Part shown: piece after piece, positions 39,546-49,918 of the stretch
Layout: each line of letters starts with the position of its first letter
Position numbering within the stretch: the first letter of the stretch is position 1
Assembly: GCA_964544755.1 (NCBI GenBank)
Contig: CAZJDL010000005.1
Span: forward strand, 1 to 52,032
Reading direction: 5' to 3'
DNA length: 52,032 nt
DNA from: an uncultured Pseudomonadales bacterium
GTDB lineage: Bacteria > Pseudomonadota > Gammaproteobacteria > Pseudomonadales > JAUIET01
The notes under the pieces: model-generated
Told to the model about the DNA's origin: nothing
The model's input: only the letters and a program-made list of their open reading frames with translations
The model's database searches: none
Made by a program: the position numbers and the translations under genes

Positions 39546-39973
39546 AACGTACCTCTTATTTGTTAACTAATAAGTTAGAAAACTTTCTCCGGTGCTGGTT
39601 CCTTTTTTCTGGCAAGAATTGGTTATTCTTCTGTTGAGGGGGAGAATATAGCAAAAAATCGAATCTGTTTTTCTCAAGACAGGTAAGCACCAACAGCCGT
39701 TTATCCTAAAAATCGCTGGATACCAATCTGGTTCAATAGCGCCGGTGGTGGTTCAAAGGGTGGTGGGTGAGAATGTGGTTTAGGGCTGCTTTCTTGGTCG
39801 GGAGGATAGGTATTGCATTTTGTATATGGGCTATTTTTCCCCTGCGGGCTTCGCCGCAAGCGGCTCGTTGCAAACTGCTATGCAGTGAGTGAACCGGCGC
39901 ACGCTCGCCTTTGGCTCGCTAAAGAACAACGATTCTGCCGCCCCAAGAGCACCTTCTGGCACTGTTTTCATTA

Positions 39974-40053
<80 letters not shown>

Positions 40054-40123
40054 GCTGCCGCCGCTGGCAGTGTGCCAGCGGAGAAACGTGAAAAATATTA
40101 ACGTATTGAGGCGTGCTTTGAAA

Positions 40124-40480
40124 CTAGTTTTTAAGGCCTACGAGCACGTCTTCCAACTCATTGATCATCTGGCGAATCAGCTGTCGGTACTGGCGCGTGT
40201 CTTCCTTTGCGTCTTCGCCCGATAATTGCTGTCGCGCACCGCCAATGGTAAAACCCTGGTCGTATAGCAGACTGCGAATTTGGCGAATCATTATCACGTC
40301 TTGCCGCTGATAATAACGCCGGTTGCCGCGTCGTTTTACCGGTTTCAGTTGCGGAAACTCTTGCTCCCAGTAGCGCAGCACGTGTGGCTTCACCGCGCAC
40401 AGCTCACTGACTTCCCCTATAGTAAAATAACGTTTGCCAGGAATGACTGGCAGTTCATCATTATTGCTTGGTTCCAGCAT
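40124..40480 (-). CDS. MerR-family transcriptional regulator
   Basis: 118-aa ORF with [25 protein letters not shown]. It overlaps the ihfA 3' end by 20 nt, and this is the usual position downstream of ihfA. Confidence 0.85.
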   Translation of the reverse strand: MLEPSNNDELPVIPGKRYFTIGEVSELCAVKPHVLRYWEQEFPQLKPVKRRGNRRYYQRQDVIMIRQIRSLLYDQGFTIGGARQQLSGEDAKEDTRQYRQLIRQMINELEDVLVGLKN

Positions 40481-40769
40481 ACGCTTCTACTCTGGCTTTT
40501 AGTTTTTGTCCTGGTCTGAAAGTCACCACGCGGCGTGCGGAAATCGGAATTTCCTCGCCGGTTTTTGGGTTTCTTCCCGGCCGCTCCGACTTATCGCGCA
40601 AGTCAAAATTTCCGAAGCCGGATAATTTGACTTGTTCATTATTCTCCAATGAAGAGCGAATCTCTTCAAAAAACAGCTCGACGATTTCTTTTGCTTCGCG
40701 CTTATTGAGGCCGAGCTCTTCGTACAAGCGCTCGGCCATATCAGCTTTTGTTAATGCCCGCTCTGGCAT
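40461..40769 (-). CDS. ihfA: Integration host factor subunit alpha
   Basis: 102-aa ORF with [10 protein letters not shown]...[41 protein letters not shown]. Confidence 0.95.
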   Translation of the reverse strand: MPERALTKADMAERLYEELGLNKREAKEIVELFFEEIRSSLENNEQVKLSGFGNFDLRDKSERPGRNPKTGEEIPISARRVVTFRPGQKLKARVEAYAGTKQ

Positions 40770-40771
40770 AG

Positions 40772-43147
40772 CTAATTCCTTAGTGTCGCCCCAAACTTTT
40801 GTTCTAATGATGCAACAATTTTATCCAGGCACTTGTTTACTTCCTGCTCAGCAAGAGTGCGCGAATGGTTTTGCAAGGTCAAGCTCAGGCCCAGGCTTTT
40901 TTTGCTCGGGGCGATTCCCTGACCATCGTAAACATCGAAAATGGTCATATCCGTCAACTGTTCACCAGCGATTTCGCGAACATCGCTGCTAACAATGGAA
41001 GATTCGACGTTTTTATCGACAAGAATAGCCAAATCTCGCTGTACTTCCGGAAATTTTGATATTTTCCCATAACTTGGGAGTATACCTTGAAGTAAGGCTT
41101 GAAGTGAAATTTCAAACACGTAAATTTCACCAGAAAGGTCGTTTTCAGACACCAATCGCGGGTGCAACGCACCGATGACGCCAATCTGCTCACCCTGCAA
41201 GTACAAGGCCGCAGTTTGGCCCGGATGCAACGCCGGATGCTCCGCCGCTTCGAACCGATAGTCCTGCCGTTGCCCGGTCAGACTCAATAAGGATTCCACG
41301 TCGCCTTTTACATCATAAAAATCCAGCGGCGCACGCTCATTCGCCCATTCGTTAGCCCAGCGGCTACCGCAGCTTACGCCGGCCAACATATTGTCTTGCC
41401 GCAGACCTTCGGTCGACCGTACAAAGCGCTGACCCGCCTCAAACAATCTAACACGTTGCTGCTGGCGCGCGATATTGTAGGCTAGCGCTTGAACCAGGCC
41501 GGGCAACAAGCTGGTGCGCATGACCGACATTTCGCTGGAAATGGGATTGGCCAGTCGCACGGGCTTAGTCGCCGGGTCAAACTGCGCCTGTAAACCAGGA
41601 TCTATAAAACTGTAGGTTATTGCTTCCTGATATCCCCGCGCCAGCATTTGGCGTTTTATGTCGGCCACCGGCAACGCAGATTCAGCGCTGCGCTTGAATC
41701 TTTGCGGTGCCCGCAAGTTGCGGCTGGGAAAATTATTGTAACCGTAAACGCGCGCCAATTCTTCCAGCAGGTCGGCTTCGATGGCTAAATCAAATCTGAA
41801 CGAGGGTGCAATCACCCGCCAGCCGTCGGCGGTAGACTGCAAGGTCAAGCCCAGGCGTTGCAATATGTCTTCTACTTCGGCGTCGGCTAACTCAAAGCCG
41901 AGAATTTTTCCAATGCGCGCCCGGCGCAACTCAATCGGCGCCGCCACGGGCACGTGTTCTGCGCTCACCACTTCAATCAACGGGCCAGCCTCACCACCGA
42001 CAATATCCAACAGTAACCGCGTGGCCCGTTCTATAGCGAGCTTTTGCAGCTGTGAATCGACGCCACGCTCGAAGCGATGCGAAGACTCAGTATGCAGACC
42101 ATAAGCGCGGGCGCGCCCGGCGATGGGCAGGGGCGAGAAAAATGCTGCTTCCAAAAATAAATGTTGCGTGGTGGTGCTCACGCCAGAATCGACACCACCC
42201 ATGATACCAGCCAATGCCAGTGGTTTGGCGTGATCGGCAATCAGCAGGCAGTTGTCATTCAGGGTTAGCGTTTGCTCGTCGAGGAGGGTCAACGTCTCGT
42301 TGTGTTTCGCCTGGCGCACAACGATACCCTGATCGAGCCGGTCAAGATCAAACGCATGCATGGGCTGGCCCAACTCAAGCATGACATAATTGGTAACGTC
42401 TACCGCCGCATCTATACTGCGCACGCCGGCGCGCCGCAGTCTTTCCTGCATCCACAGCGGAGTGGCACGGCTTAAGTCCACGTTGCGCAGGACCCGCCCA
42501 ACATAACGAGGGCAGTCAGCGGCAGCCTGAACGCTGACGGGGAAAGCATCATCTATCGTCGGTGCAACAGGCTGGATGGCCGGGCCAGCAACTGCCAACT
42601 TGTTCAGCACGCCGACTTCGCGCGCAACGCCGGCGAGGCCTAAACAGTCGCTGCGATTGGGGGTTAGATCGATATCCAGAACTTTATCCGGCAAGCCAAA
42701 ATAGCCTGCCAATAGCTGGCCCAGTGCAGCGTCTTGCGGCAACTCCCACAAGCCGTCGCTAGTCTCGCCAAGACCGAGTTCAGCGCGAGCGCACAACATG
42801 CCGTGCGAATCAACGTCACGCAGTTTTGCGGTTTTTATTTCCGTACCGCCGGGCAACACGGCGCCGACAGTGGCGAACGGGACTTTTAAACCTGCGCGCG
42901 CATTCGGCGCACCACATACCACCTGCAACGTATCGCTTCCATCGCTGACCTGGCAGACGCGTAATTTGTTGGCATTCGGATGTTGTTCAACGCTTACTAT
43001 TTGGCCGACCACAACGCCATCGAGTTGACCGCCAACCGTATGGCAGGCCTCGACTTCCAGCCCGGCCATCGTGAGCTGCTCTGCCAGTGCTTCGGCAGAT
43101 ACCGGCGGATCGACCCATTCGCGCAACCAACGCTCACTGATTTTCAT
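40772..43147 (-). CDS. pheT: Phenylalanine--tRNA ligase beta subunit
   Basis: 791-aa ORF starting [12 protein letters not shown], with the tRNA-binding, B3/4, B5 and FDX-ACB domain order. Confidence 0.95.
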   Translation of the reverse strand: MKISERWLREWVDPPVSAEALAEQLTMAGLEVEACHTVGGQLDGVVVGQIVSVEQHPNANKLRVCQVSDGSDTLQVVCGAPNARAGLKVPFATVGAVLPGGTEIKTAKLRDVDSHGMLCARAELGLGETSDGLWELPQDAALGQLLAGYFGLPDKVLDIDLTPNRSDCLGLAGVAREVGVLNKLAVAGPAIQPVAPTIDDAFPVSVQAAADCPRYVGRVLRNVDLSRATPLWMQERLRRAGVRSIDAAVDVTNYVMLELGQPMHAFDLDRLDQGIVVRQAKHNETLTLLDEQTLTLNDNCLLIADHAKPLALAGIMGGVDSGVSTTTQHLFLEAAFFSPLPIAGRARAYGLHTESSHRFERGVDSQLQKLAIERATRLLLDIVGGEAGPLIEVVSAEHVPVAAPIELRRARIGKILGFELADAEVEDILQRLGLTLQSTADGWRVIAPSFRFDLAIEADLLEELARVYGYNNFPSRNLRAPQRFKRSAESALPVADIKRQMLARGYQEAITYSFIDPGLQAQFDPATKPVRLANPISSEMSVMRTSLLPGLVQALAYNIARQQQRVRLFEAGQRFVRSTEGLRQDNMLAGVSCGSRWANEWANERAPLDFYDVKGDVESLLSLTGQRQDYRFEAAEHPALHPGQTAALYLQGEQIGVIGALHPRLVSENDLSGEIYVFEISLQALLQGILPSYGKISKFPEVQRDLAILVDKNVESSIVSSDVREIAGEQLTDMTIFDVYDGQGIAPSKKSLGLSLTLQNHSRTLAEQEVNKCLDKIVASLEQKFGATLRN

Positions 43148-43158
43148 CTATATCCGGG

Positions 43159-44223
<1,065 letters not shown>

Positions 44224-44583
44224 CTAGGCGGCCAGAGCTTGTTTGGCCTGCTCGGCCACTACCGCAAACGCGTCTTTGTCGTGCACGGCCATGTCGGCGA
44301 GTACGCGCCGATCAAGCCCGATGTTAGCCGCGTTCAAACCAGCAATCAGGCGACTGTAACTGATGCCGTTGACGCGCGCCTGCGCGTTGATGCGCGTAAT
44401 CCACAGCGCACGGAATAAACGCTTGCGCTGACGGCGATCACGATAAGCATATTGGCCAGCCTTGGTTACCGCCTGCTTGGCAACGCGATACACGCGGCTG
44501 CGCGCACCGTAATAACCTTTGGCTTGCTTTAAAACTTTTTTATGACGGCGGTGTGCGGTGACACCACGTTTAACGCGGGACAT
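44224..44583 (-). CDS. rplT: 50S ribosomal protein L20
   Basis: 119-aa ORF starting [30 protein letters not shown]. Confidence 0.97.
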   Translation of the reverse strand: MSRVKRGVTAHRRHKKVLKQAKGYYGARSRVYRVAKQAVTKAGQYAYRDRRQRKRLFRALWITRINAQARVNGISYSRLIAGLNAANIGLDRRVLADMAVHDKDAFAVVAEQAKQALAA

Positions 44584-44628
44584 TTTTCTCTCCTACTAAG
44601 AATAAGCTGACTACGGCGTAGCTGCGCT

Positions 44629-44823
44629 CTATTTAACGCGCAACATACGATCCACCAGAATTTTGTCGGCCGGGTGCACATCATCTGTGCCGCGCAACTG
44701 ACGCTTTCGCTTGGTGGTCATCTTGGTCAGAATATGGCTTTTATAGGCGTGCTTGCGCTTATAACCGGATCCGGTTTTTTTAAAGCGCTTGGCTGCCCCG
44801 CTGTGAACTTTTAACTTACTCAT
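44629..44823 (-). CDS. rpmI: 50S ribosomal protein L35
   Basis: 64-aa ORF starting [20 protein letters not shown]. Confidence 0.97.
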   Translation of the reverse strand: MSKLKVHSGAAKRFKKTGSGYKRKHAYKSHILTKMTTKRKRQLRGTDDVHPADKILVDRMLRVK

Positions 44824-44926
44824 GATTATTCAACTCGCATTTAAAACTGTCGTCGCCTGTTGCGGCGCAAAGCAGTTTTACAGTTAATGGAAGCCGGCGC
44901 CTTATTGCCCTACAAGAGCGGGCCGA

Positions 44927-45466
44927 CTATCTCTTTTTAAGGGGTGCTAACACCATGTGTAGCTGGCGACCTTCCATTTTCGGGAATTGCTCAACATTGC
45001 CATACTCTGCAAGGTCTTGCTCAATCCGTTTCAGGAGGTCGATACCGATCTCCTGGTGCGCCATTTCGCGGCCACGAAACCTGACAGTCACTTTGGCCTT
45101 ATCCCCATTTTCCAGGAAACGTATCAGGTTGCGTAGTTTGACCTGATAATCTCCTGTATCCGTGCCTGGCCGAAACTTCATCTCTTTAACATGTGTGATT
45201 TTCTGCTTTTTCCTGGCAGCCGCTTTTTGCTTCTTCAGCTCAAACACATGTTTGCCGTAGTCCATAATTTTGCAGACGATAGGGTTTGCTTCAGCGGTCA
45301 TTAGCACCAAATCCATTTTGGCTTCTTCCGCTACCTTTAGCGCCTCTTCCAGGGGTACAATTCCGGCTTGCTCGCCGTCTACACCCACTAATCGTACCGT
45401 GTCTGCCTCGATTTGATCGTTGATTAAGGCTTTTTTCGAAGCGCCTCTCGAACCGTCTCGCTTGAT
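44927..45466 (-). CDS. infC: Translation initiation factor IF-3 (probable non-canonical AUC start)
   Basis: Homology to IF-3 begins at IKRDGSRG... (E. coli begins (M)KGGKR from an AUU codon). The codon at 45466-45464 is ATC, 1 nt after the thrS TAA. The in-frame ATG at 45505 would add 13 unmatched residues inside thrS. Confidence 0.85.
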   Translation of the reverse strand: MKRDGSRGASKKALINDQIEADTVRLVGVDGEQAGIVPLEEALKVAEEAKMDLVLMTAEANPIVCKIMDYGKHVFELKKQKAAARKKQKITHVKEMKFRPGTDTGDYQVKLRNLIRFLENGDKAKVTVRFRGREMAHQEIGIDLLKRIEQDLAEYGNVEQFPKMEGRQLHMVLAPLKKR

Positions 45467-45467
45467 A

Positions 45468-47393
45468 TTATTTCTCCAAAACAACACGACCGCGACGCGC
45501 AACATCTTGGGCCAGGTGCTCAGTAAAATCTTCTAAACTGAGCGAACCTAAATCTTCGCCTCGACGTGTACGTACGGCCACTGTTTGAGTTGTGGACTCC
45601 TTATCACCCACCACGAGCATATAAGGAACCTTCTGAATTGTGTGCTCGCGGATTTTAAAGCCGATCTTTTCATTTCTCAAGTCTGTTTCTGCTCTAAAGC
45701 CTTTATTTCTCAGCATTTCCTCTACTTTTAGCGCATATTCGGCCTGCTTGTCGGTAATGTTCAAAATAGCGACCTGTTGCGGCGCAAGCCAGGCCGGAAA
45801 CGCACCTTCGTAGTTCTCAATCAGCATACCGATAAAGCGTTCGAATGAGCCGATAATGGCACGATGCAACATCACCGGAATTTGCCGGCTACCGTCTTGC
45901 GCGACATAGTGCGCGTCGAGTCGGCCCGGCGTGGCGAAGTCGACCTGAATAGTACCGCACTGCCACACGCGGCCAACACAGTCTTGCAACGAAAACTCGA
46001 TTTTTGGCCCATAGAATGCGCCCTCGCCCGGCAGCTCTTGCCACGGCAGTTTTTTATTGTCCAACGCCAGCGCCAGGGCTTGCTCGGCTTTGTCCCAGAT
46101 GCCGTCGCTGCCGACGCGGTTATCGGGACGGGTCGACAGGCGATAGATAATGTCGGTAAATCCAAAGTCGGCGTACACTGCGTGCAAAAAATCGATGAAG
46201 GTGCCAACCTCGTCCTGAATTTGGTCCTCGGTGCAGAAGATGTGCGCGTCGTCCTGAACAAAACCGCGCACGCGCATCAAGCCATGCAGCGCCCCCGAAG
46301 GCTCATTGCGATGGCAGGAACCAAACTCGGCCAAACGCAGGGGTAGATCACGATAACTGCGCAGACCCTGATTAAATACCTGCACATGGCACGGGCAGTT
46401 CATGGGTTTAATGGCAAACTGACGCTCCTCAGCCTGCAAGGTAAACATATCATCGCTAAACTTTGCAGCATGGCCGGATCGCTCCCACAGGGAAAAGTCC
46501 ACCAGCTGCGGCGTACGAATTTCCTGGTAGCCGTGTAAGACTTGCTGCGTGCGCATGTATTGCTCTATGGTCTGGTAAATCGCCCACCCTTTAGGATGCC
46601 AGAACACCATGCCCGGCGCCTCTTCCTGCATGTGGAACAAATTCAGTTTCTTGGCGATTTTGCGATGGTCCCGCTTCGCGGCCTCTGCCTGCTGGGCCAG
46701 GTATTTCTTCAGTTGTTTTTTGTCGGCCCAAGCGGTGCCGTAGACGCGCTGCAGCATTTCGTTCTTCGAGTCGCCACGCCAATAGGCACCGGCCAACTTG
46801 GTTAGTTTAAAGTTTTTCAGAAAACGTGTATTGGGAACGTGCGGCCCAACGCACATGTCGACATACTCCTGATGATAATAAAGGCCCATGGCTTCTTCAT
46901 CGGGCATATCTTCCACCAGGCGCAACTTGTATTCTTCGCCGCGCGCTTTAAAAGTTTCAATGACTTCAGCACGGGCAGTCATTTTCTTGATTACGTCATA
47001 ATCCTGCGCGATCAGCTCCCGCATACGCGCTTCAATCGCTTCCAGGTCATCCGGTGTAAACGGCCTGTCAGTCGCGATGTCGTAGTAGAAACCGTCTTCA
47101 ATGACGGGGCCAATCACCATCGTCGCTGCCGGGAAAAGTTGCTTGACCGCATGGCCGATCAGATGCGCACACGAGTGGCGTATAATTTCGACACCTTCGT
47201 CGTCTTTGGCGGTAATAATGCGCAACTTTGCGTCTTGCTCCAGTATTTCTCCGGCATCTTGCAAAATGCCATCGACTTCACCGGCGATCGTCGCCTTGGC
47301 TAAGCCCGGGCCGATAGCTTCGGCGACTTGCATGATGGTGACTGGATGATCGAAATTGCGCTGACTGTCGTCAGGGAGTGTGATAACTGGCAT
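45468..47393 (-). CDS. thrS: Threonine--tRNA ligase
   Basis: 641-aa ORF with TGS, editing, class II core and anticodon-binding regions ([10 protein letters not shown]..., [30 protein letters not shown]). Confidence 0.95.
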   Translation of the reverse strand: MPVITLPDDSQRNFDHPVTIMQVAEAIGPGLAKATIAGEVDGILQDAGEILEQDAKLRIITAKDDEGVEIIRHSCAHLIGHAVKQLFPAATMVIGPVIEDGFYYDIATDRPFTPDDLEAIEARMRELIAQDYDVIKKMTARAEVIETFKARGEEYKLRLVEDMPDEEAMGLYYHQEYVDMCVGPHVPNTRFLKNFKLTKLAGAYWRGDSKNEMLQRVYGTAWADKKQLKKYLAQQAEAAKRDHRKIAKKLNLFHMQEEAPGMVFWHPKGWAIYQTIEQYMRTQQVLHGYQEIRTPQLVDFSLWERSGHAAKFSDDMFTLQAEERQFAIKPMNCPCHVQVFNQGLRSYRDLPLRLAEFGSCHRNEPSGALHGLMRVRGFVQDDAHIFCTEDQIQDEVGTFIDFLHAVYADFGFTDIIYRLSTRPDNRVGSDGIWDKAEQALALALDNKKLPWQELPGEGAFYGPKIEFSLQDCVGRVWQCGTIQVDFATPGRLDAHYVAQDGSRQIPVMLHRAIIGSFERFIGMLIENYEGAFPAWLAPQQVAILNITDKQAEYALKVEEMLRNKGFRAETDLRNEKIGFKIREHTIQKVPYMLVVGDKESTTQTVAVRTRRGEDLGSLSLEDFTEHLAQDVARRGRVVLEK

Positions 47394-47527
47394 GAGGGTG
47401 GGATCCTTTTTCAGTGGTGACCCTTACAATAGGCCACGTGAAGAATGCGCATAAGAAGAACACAACACTCTTATGTTACGTCAAAATGGTAAGTTTTGCA
47501 GGCAAGCCTGCGAGTAGTGATGATTTA

Positions 47528-47682
47528 GGGCCCGCGTCAAAATTAGTTCACAGCTTTGGGCGTTGAGGCACCCGTCTGGCAAGACGCGAAAGCTTGAAAT
47601 ATTCGAATATTTCAAGCTTTCGCAACGCCGCCAGGCGGGATGGATCGGCGACCAAAATGTGAAGTTATTTTGACGCGGGCCC
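47528..47682. repeat. MITE-like nested palindrome (155 bp)
   Basis: Perfect 16-bp terminal inverted repeats: GGGCCCGCGTCAAAAT (47528-47543) and ATTTTGACGCGGGCCC (47667-47682). Each end is flanked by TTA (47525-47527 and 47683-47685). The arms between are imperfectly complementary. A perfect 38-nt central palindrome GCGAAAGCTTGAAATATTCGAATATTTCAAGCTTTCGC lies at 47586-47623. Confidence 0.6.
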
Positions 47683-49137
47683 TTAGTAGGCCTTGTTGAA
47701 CAACAGCGCGAACGGCGTCTTGAACAAGATCACCATATCCATCTTCAGCGACCAATCATTGATATAGCTCAAATCATACTCAACGCGGCGCTGCATATCT
47801 TCCACCGTTTCGGTTTCACCGCGGCAGCCGTTGATTTGTGCCAGGCCCGTAAGCCCTGGTTTAATGCGATGTCTCGCCATGTACGCATGTATTTTTTTAG
47901 CGTAGTAGTCATTGTGTTGCACTGCGTGAGGGCGCGGACCCGTTAGCGACATCTTGCCTTGCAGGACATTATAGAGCTGCGGCAGTTCGTCAATGCTGGT
48001 ACGTCGTAAAAAACGTCCAACCGGGGTAACACGAGTATCGCCATTCTTTGCCTGGGTAAGCTGGCCATCTTCTTCAACATGCATGTACATGCTTCTAAAT
48101 TTATAGATGTTAATCACCTGGCCATCCCAGCCATGGCGCCGCTGCTTGAATAACACGGGGCCTTTTGACGTCAGCTTCACCAGCACTGCGACCAGCAACA
48201 TCAGCGGGCTAAGTACAATAAGCAGCACGGTGCTCAGAACTCTGTCTATGACATTTTTAAAGAACGCTTGCGAACCGGAAGTGATAGGACTTTCAGAAAG
48301 CGACAGCAGGGGCATACCCGCCACTTCTCGCACCCGCGGATGCAACAGGTTCAGCGAGAAAATATCCGGCACCCAAATAACGTCGAGACGCGAAACATCA
48401 AGACTCGTGTATATTTCCTCGACTCGAGACGCCTCTCTAAGCGGTAGTGCGATATAAATACGGCGCGCCTTGTTTGCCTCGGCAATGCGTTGCACATCAG
48501 CAATGCGTCCCAGCGCCGGCACGTGATCAACTTGCCAGCTCTCCATGCTCTCTACGTCATCGTCAACAACGCCGATGATTTGCTCGGGCAAAAATACATT
48601 GCTGTTGATGCTTTTTGCCAAATGATCTGCCAGGTGCCCCGAACCCACCACCAGCGCCGGCAACACGTCGGCGCTGACCCGTGCACGATGCGAAACGAAG
48701 TGGCACAGTAAATAAACCAGCACCTGTACCGCGTATCCCGACAGCGCCCACCAGAGAATAACCCGGCGCGAGTAATCTTCGGAAGTTTTGGTAAAAAACG
48801 CGACGATTATCAAGCCTATACAAACCATGCCCCAACATTTTGCCAGGCGAACAAGCATGATGGAGTCGCCGGTAAAGCGCCGGTACATGCCCACGGAGTT
48901 ATAGATAATGCCCATCAACAACACGGTGATCACGGCTTGTATGCGGTACTGCCGATCGATTTCATAACCGTGCAATTCGACCAGCAAAAAAAGCACCGCA
49001 ACTACGGCGATGCTGTCCAGAATCATCTGCGTCCAGCTGCTGAGCGACTGATGGTTTTGCAGTAATCTGCTATCTGAATAAATTGAGCGAATGGGCACGC
49101 CCATGTTGTGATTACCGCCTAACTTCATTGCTAACAA
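47683..49137 (-). CDS. Polyprenyl-phosphate hexose-1-phosphate transferase (WbaP/WcaJ-type priming glycosyltransferase)
   Basis: 484-aa ORF with N-terminal TM segments, a central domain and the bacterial sugar-transferase C-terminal domain (GPVLFKQRRHGWDGQVINIYKFRSM, DELPQLYNVLQGKMSLTGPRP). Confidence 0.85.
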   Translation of the reverse strand: MLAMKLGGNHNMGVPIRSIYSDSRLLQNHQSLSSWTQMILDSIAVVAVLFLLVELHGYEIDRQYRIQAVITVLLMGIIYNSVGMYRRFTGDSIMLVRLAKCWGMVCIGLIIVAFFTKTSEDYSRRVILWWALSGYAVQVLVYLLCHFVSHRARVSADVLPALVVGSGHLADHLAKSINSNVFLPEQIIGVVDDDVESMESWQVDHVPALGRIADVQRIAEANKARRIYIALPLREASRVEEIYTSLDVSRLDVIWVPDIFSLNLLHPRVREVAGMPLLSLSESPITSGSQAFFKNVIDRVLSTVLLIVLSPLMLLVAVLVKLTSKGPVLFKQRRHGWDGQVINIYKFRSMYMHVEEDGQLTQAKNGDTRVTPVGRFLRRTSIDELPQLYNVLQGKMSLTGPRPHAVQHNDYYAKKIHAYMARHRIKPGLTGLAQINGCRGETETVEDMQRRVEYDLSYINDWSLKMDMVILFKTPFALLFNKAY

Positions 49138-49574
49138 TTCCCGTTGTTACGAAATACTCACACTACCCAAGGCAGGCGAAGCGTAAAAACCATATTGTTC
49201 TTATAGACGTAGAAAACCACGCCGAAAGTCGGCGCGTTTCCGGCTATTGTCTCATTGCCCCATGGCATCATAGGCGGTGCTAGCACAGTCCGAACACTCT
49301 TCACCACCGCGTTTGCCGTACTGATGATGCTAACATTGCATACCAGTGGCTTAAAACTGCAATGCGAAAAACTTCCTGAAGTAACTTGTCCATTTAACCA
49401 CCAGCCGTATTGGTTTTCAATTGCAAAGCTCTGCCAAAGCCCAAATTTTACATCTCGAACATGACGTTTGTATGAAGTATCGAATCCGCACTCAATTGAA
49501 AGCACTGACTGGGCAGCTGTTTTGGCGTGACGCGCCCCTGCACGACGGCAGGTTTGTCTATGTACATTAAAAAA

Positions 49575-49606
49575 CAAAAAAACCCATCAGTTGATGGGTT
49601 TTTTTG
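49575..49606 (-). terminator. Bidirectional Rho-independent terminator after tRNA-Val
   Basis: AAAAAAACCCATC-AGTT-GATGGGTTTTTTT. The stem is flanked by an A-run and a T-run, so either strand sees a hairpin followed by a U-tract. Confidence 0.75.
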
Positions 49607-49612
49607 TTTTTT

Positions 49613-49689
49613 TGGTAGGCACGATTGGATTCGAACCAACGACCCCCACCATGTCAAGGTGGTGCTCTAACCAACTGAGCTACGTGCCT
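49613..49689 (-). tRNA. tRNA-Val (anticodon GAC)
   Basis: 77-nt cloverleaf folded by hand: acceptor AGGCACG/CGTGCCT, D arm GCTC-AGTTGGTTA-GAGC, anticodon arm CCACC-TTGACAT-GGTGG, T arm GTTGG-TTCGAAT-CCAAT and an encoded CCA. Confidence 0.92.
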
Positions 49690-49815
49690 ATAAGAAAAAT
49701 TTTGCCTGCCATCCATGGCGCAACTGCAATCTCCCAACTAACCGCCAGCCCAGGCATCCTTGCCAGGGCGTTCGCCTCGTGCGAAGCAGTGCTTCGCGTT
49801 AAGCACTCGGCTCAC

Positions 49816-49849
49816 CCAACTGAGCTACGTGCCTAAAAGGAAAATCTTG
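49816..49849 (-). other. Partial duplicate of the tRNA-Val 5' leader plus 5' half (not a foldable tRNA)
   Basis: The minus strand CAAGATTTTCCTTTT-AGGCACGTAGCTCAGTTGG repeats CAAAATTTTTCTTAT-AGGCACGTAGCTCAGTTGG of the intact gene (49671-49704). The sequence diverges after the D loop, and no matching 3' acceptor strand follows. Confidence 0.6.
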
Positions 49850-49918
49850 CGCGTCATCTTATGACCCACTCAATGGCCGCGTATCTTATACAAGCCCCAT
49901 AAACATCACAACTACAAC

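Noticed and set aside
44824-44926. Possible L20-binding translational operator (stem AAAACUG...CAGUUUU) upstream of rpmI.
   Set aside because: Autoregulation by L20 is established in E. coli. Here I can see only a 7-bp stem, with no demonstrable pseudoknot or similarity to the L20 site on 23S rRNA, so I left it uncalled.
49273-49284. GGCGGTGCTAGC, resembling the ops/JUMPstart core GGCGGTAG found in leaders of polysaccharide operons.
   Set aside because: It is on the plus strand, whereas the transferase is transcribed from the minus strand. The match also breaks after GGCGGT.
49158-49577. 139-aa minus-strand ORF (and a 69-aa plus-strand ORF at 49255-49464) in the gap upstream of the sugar-transferase gene.
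   Set aside because: The start lies inside the A/T-run of the tRNA-Val terminator. There is no RBS and no recognisable motif, and the composition is odd (Cys/Trp/His scattered). I treated it as non-coding leader, but I cannot exclude a degraded gene.
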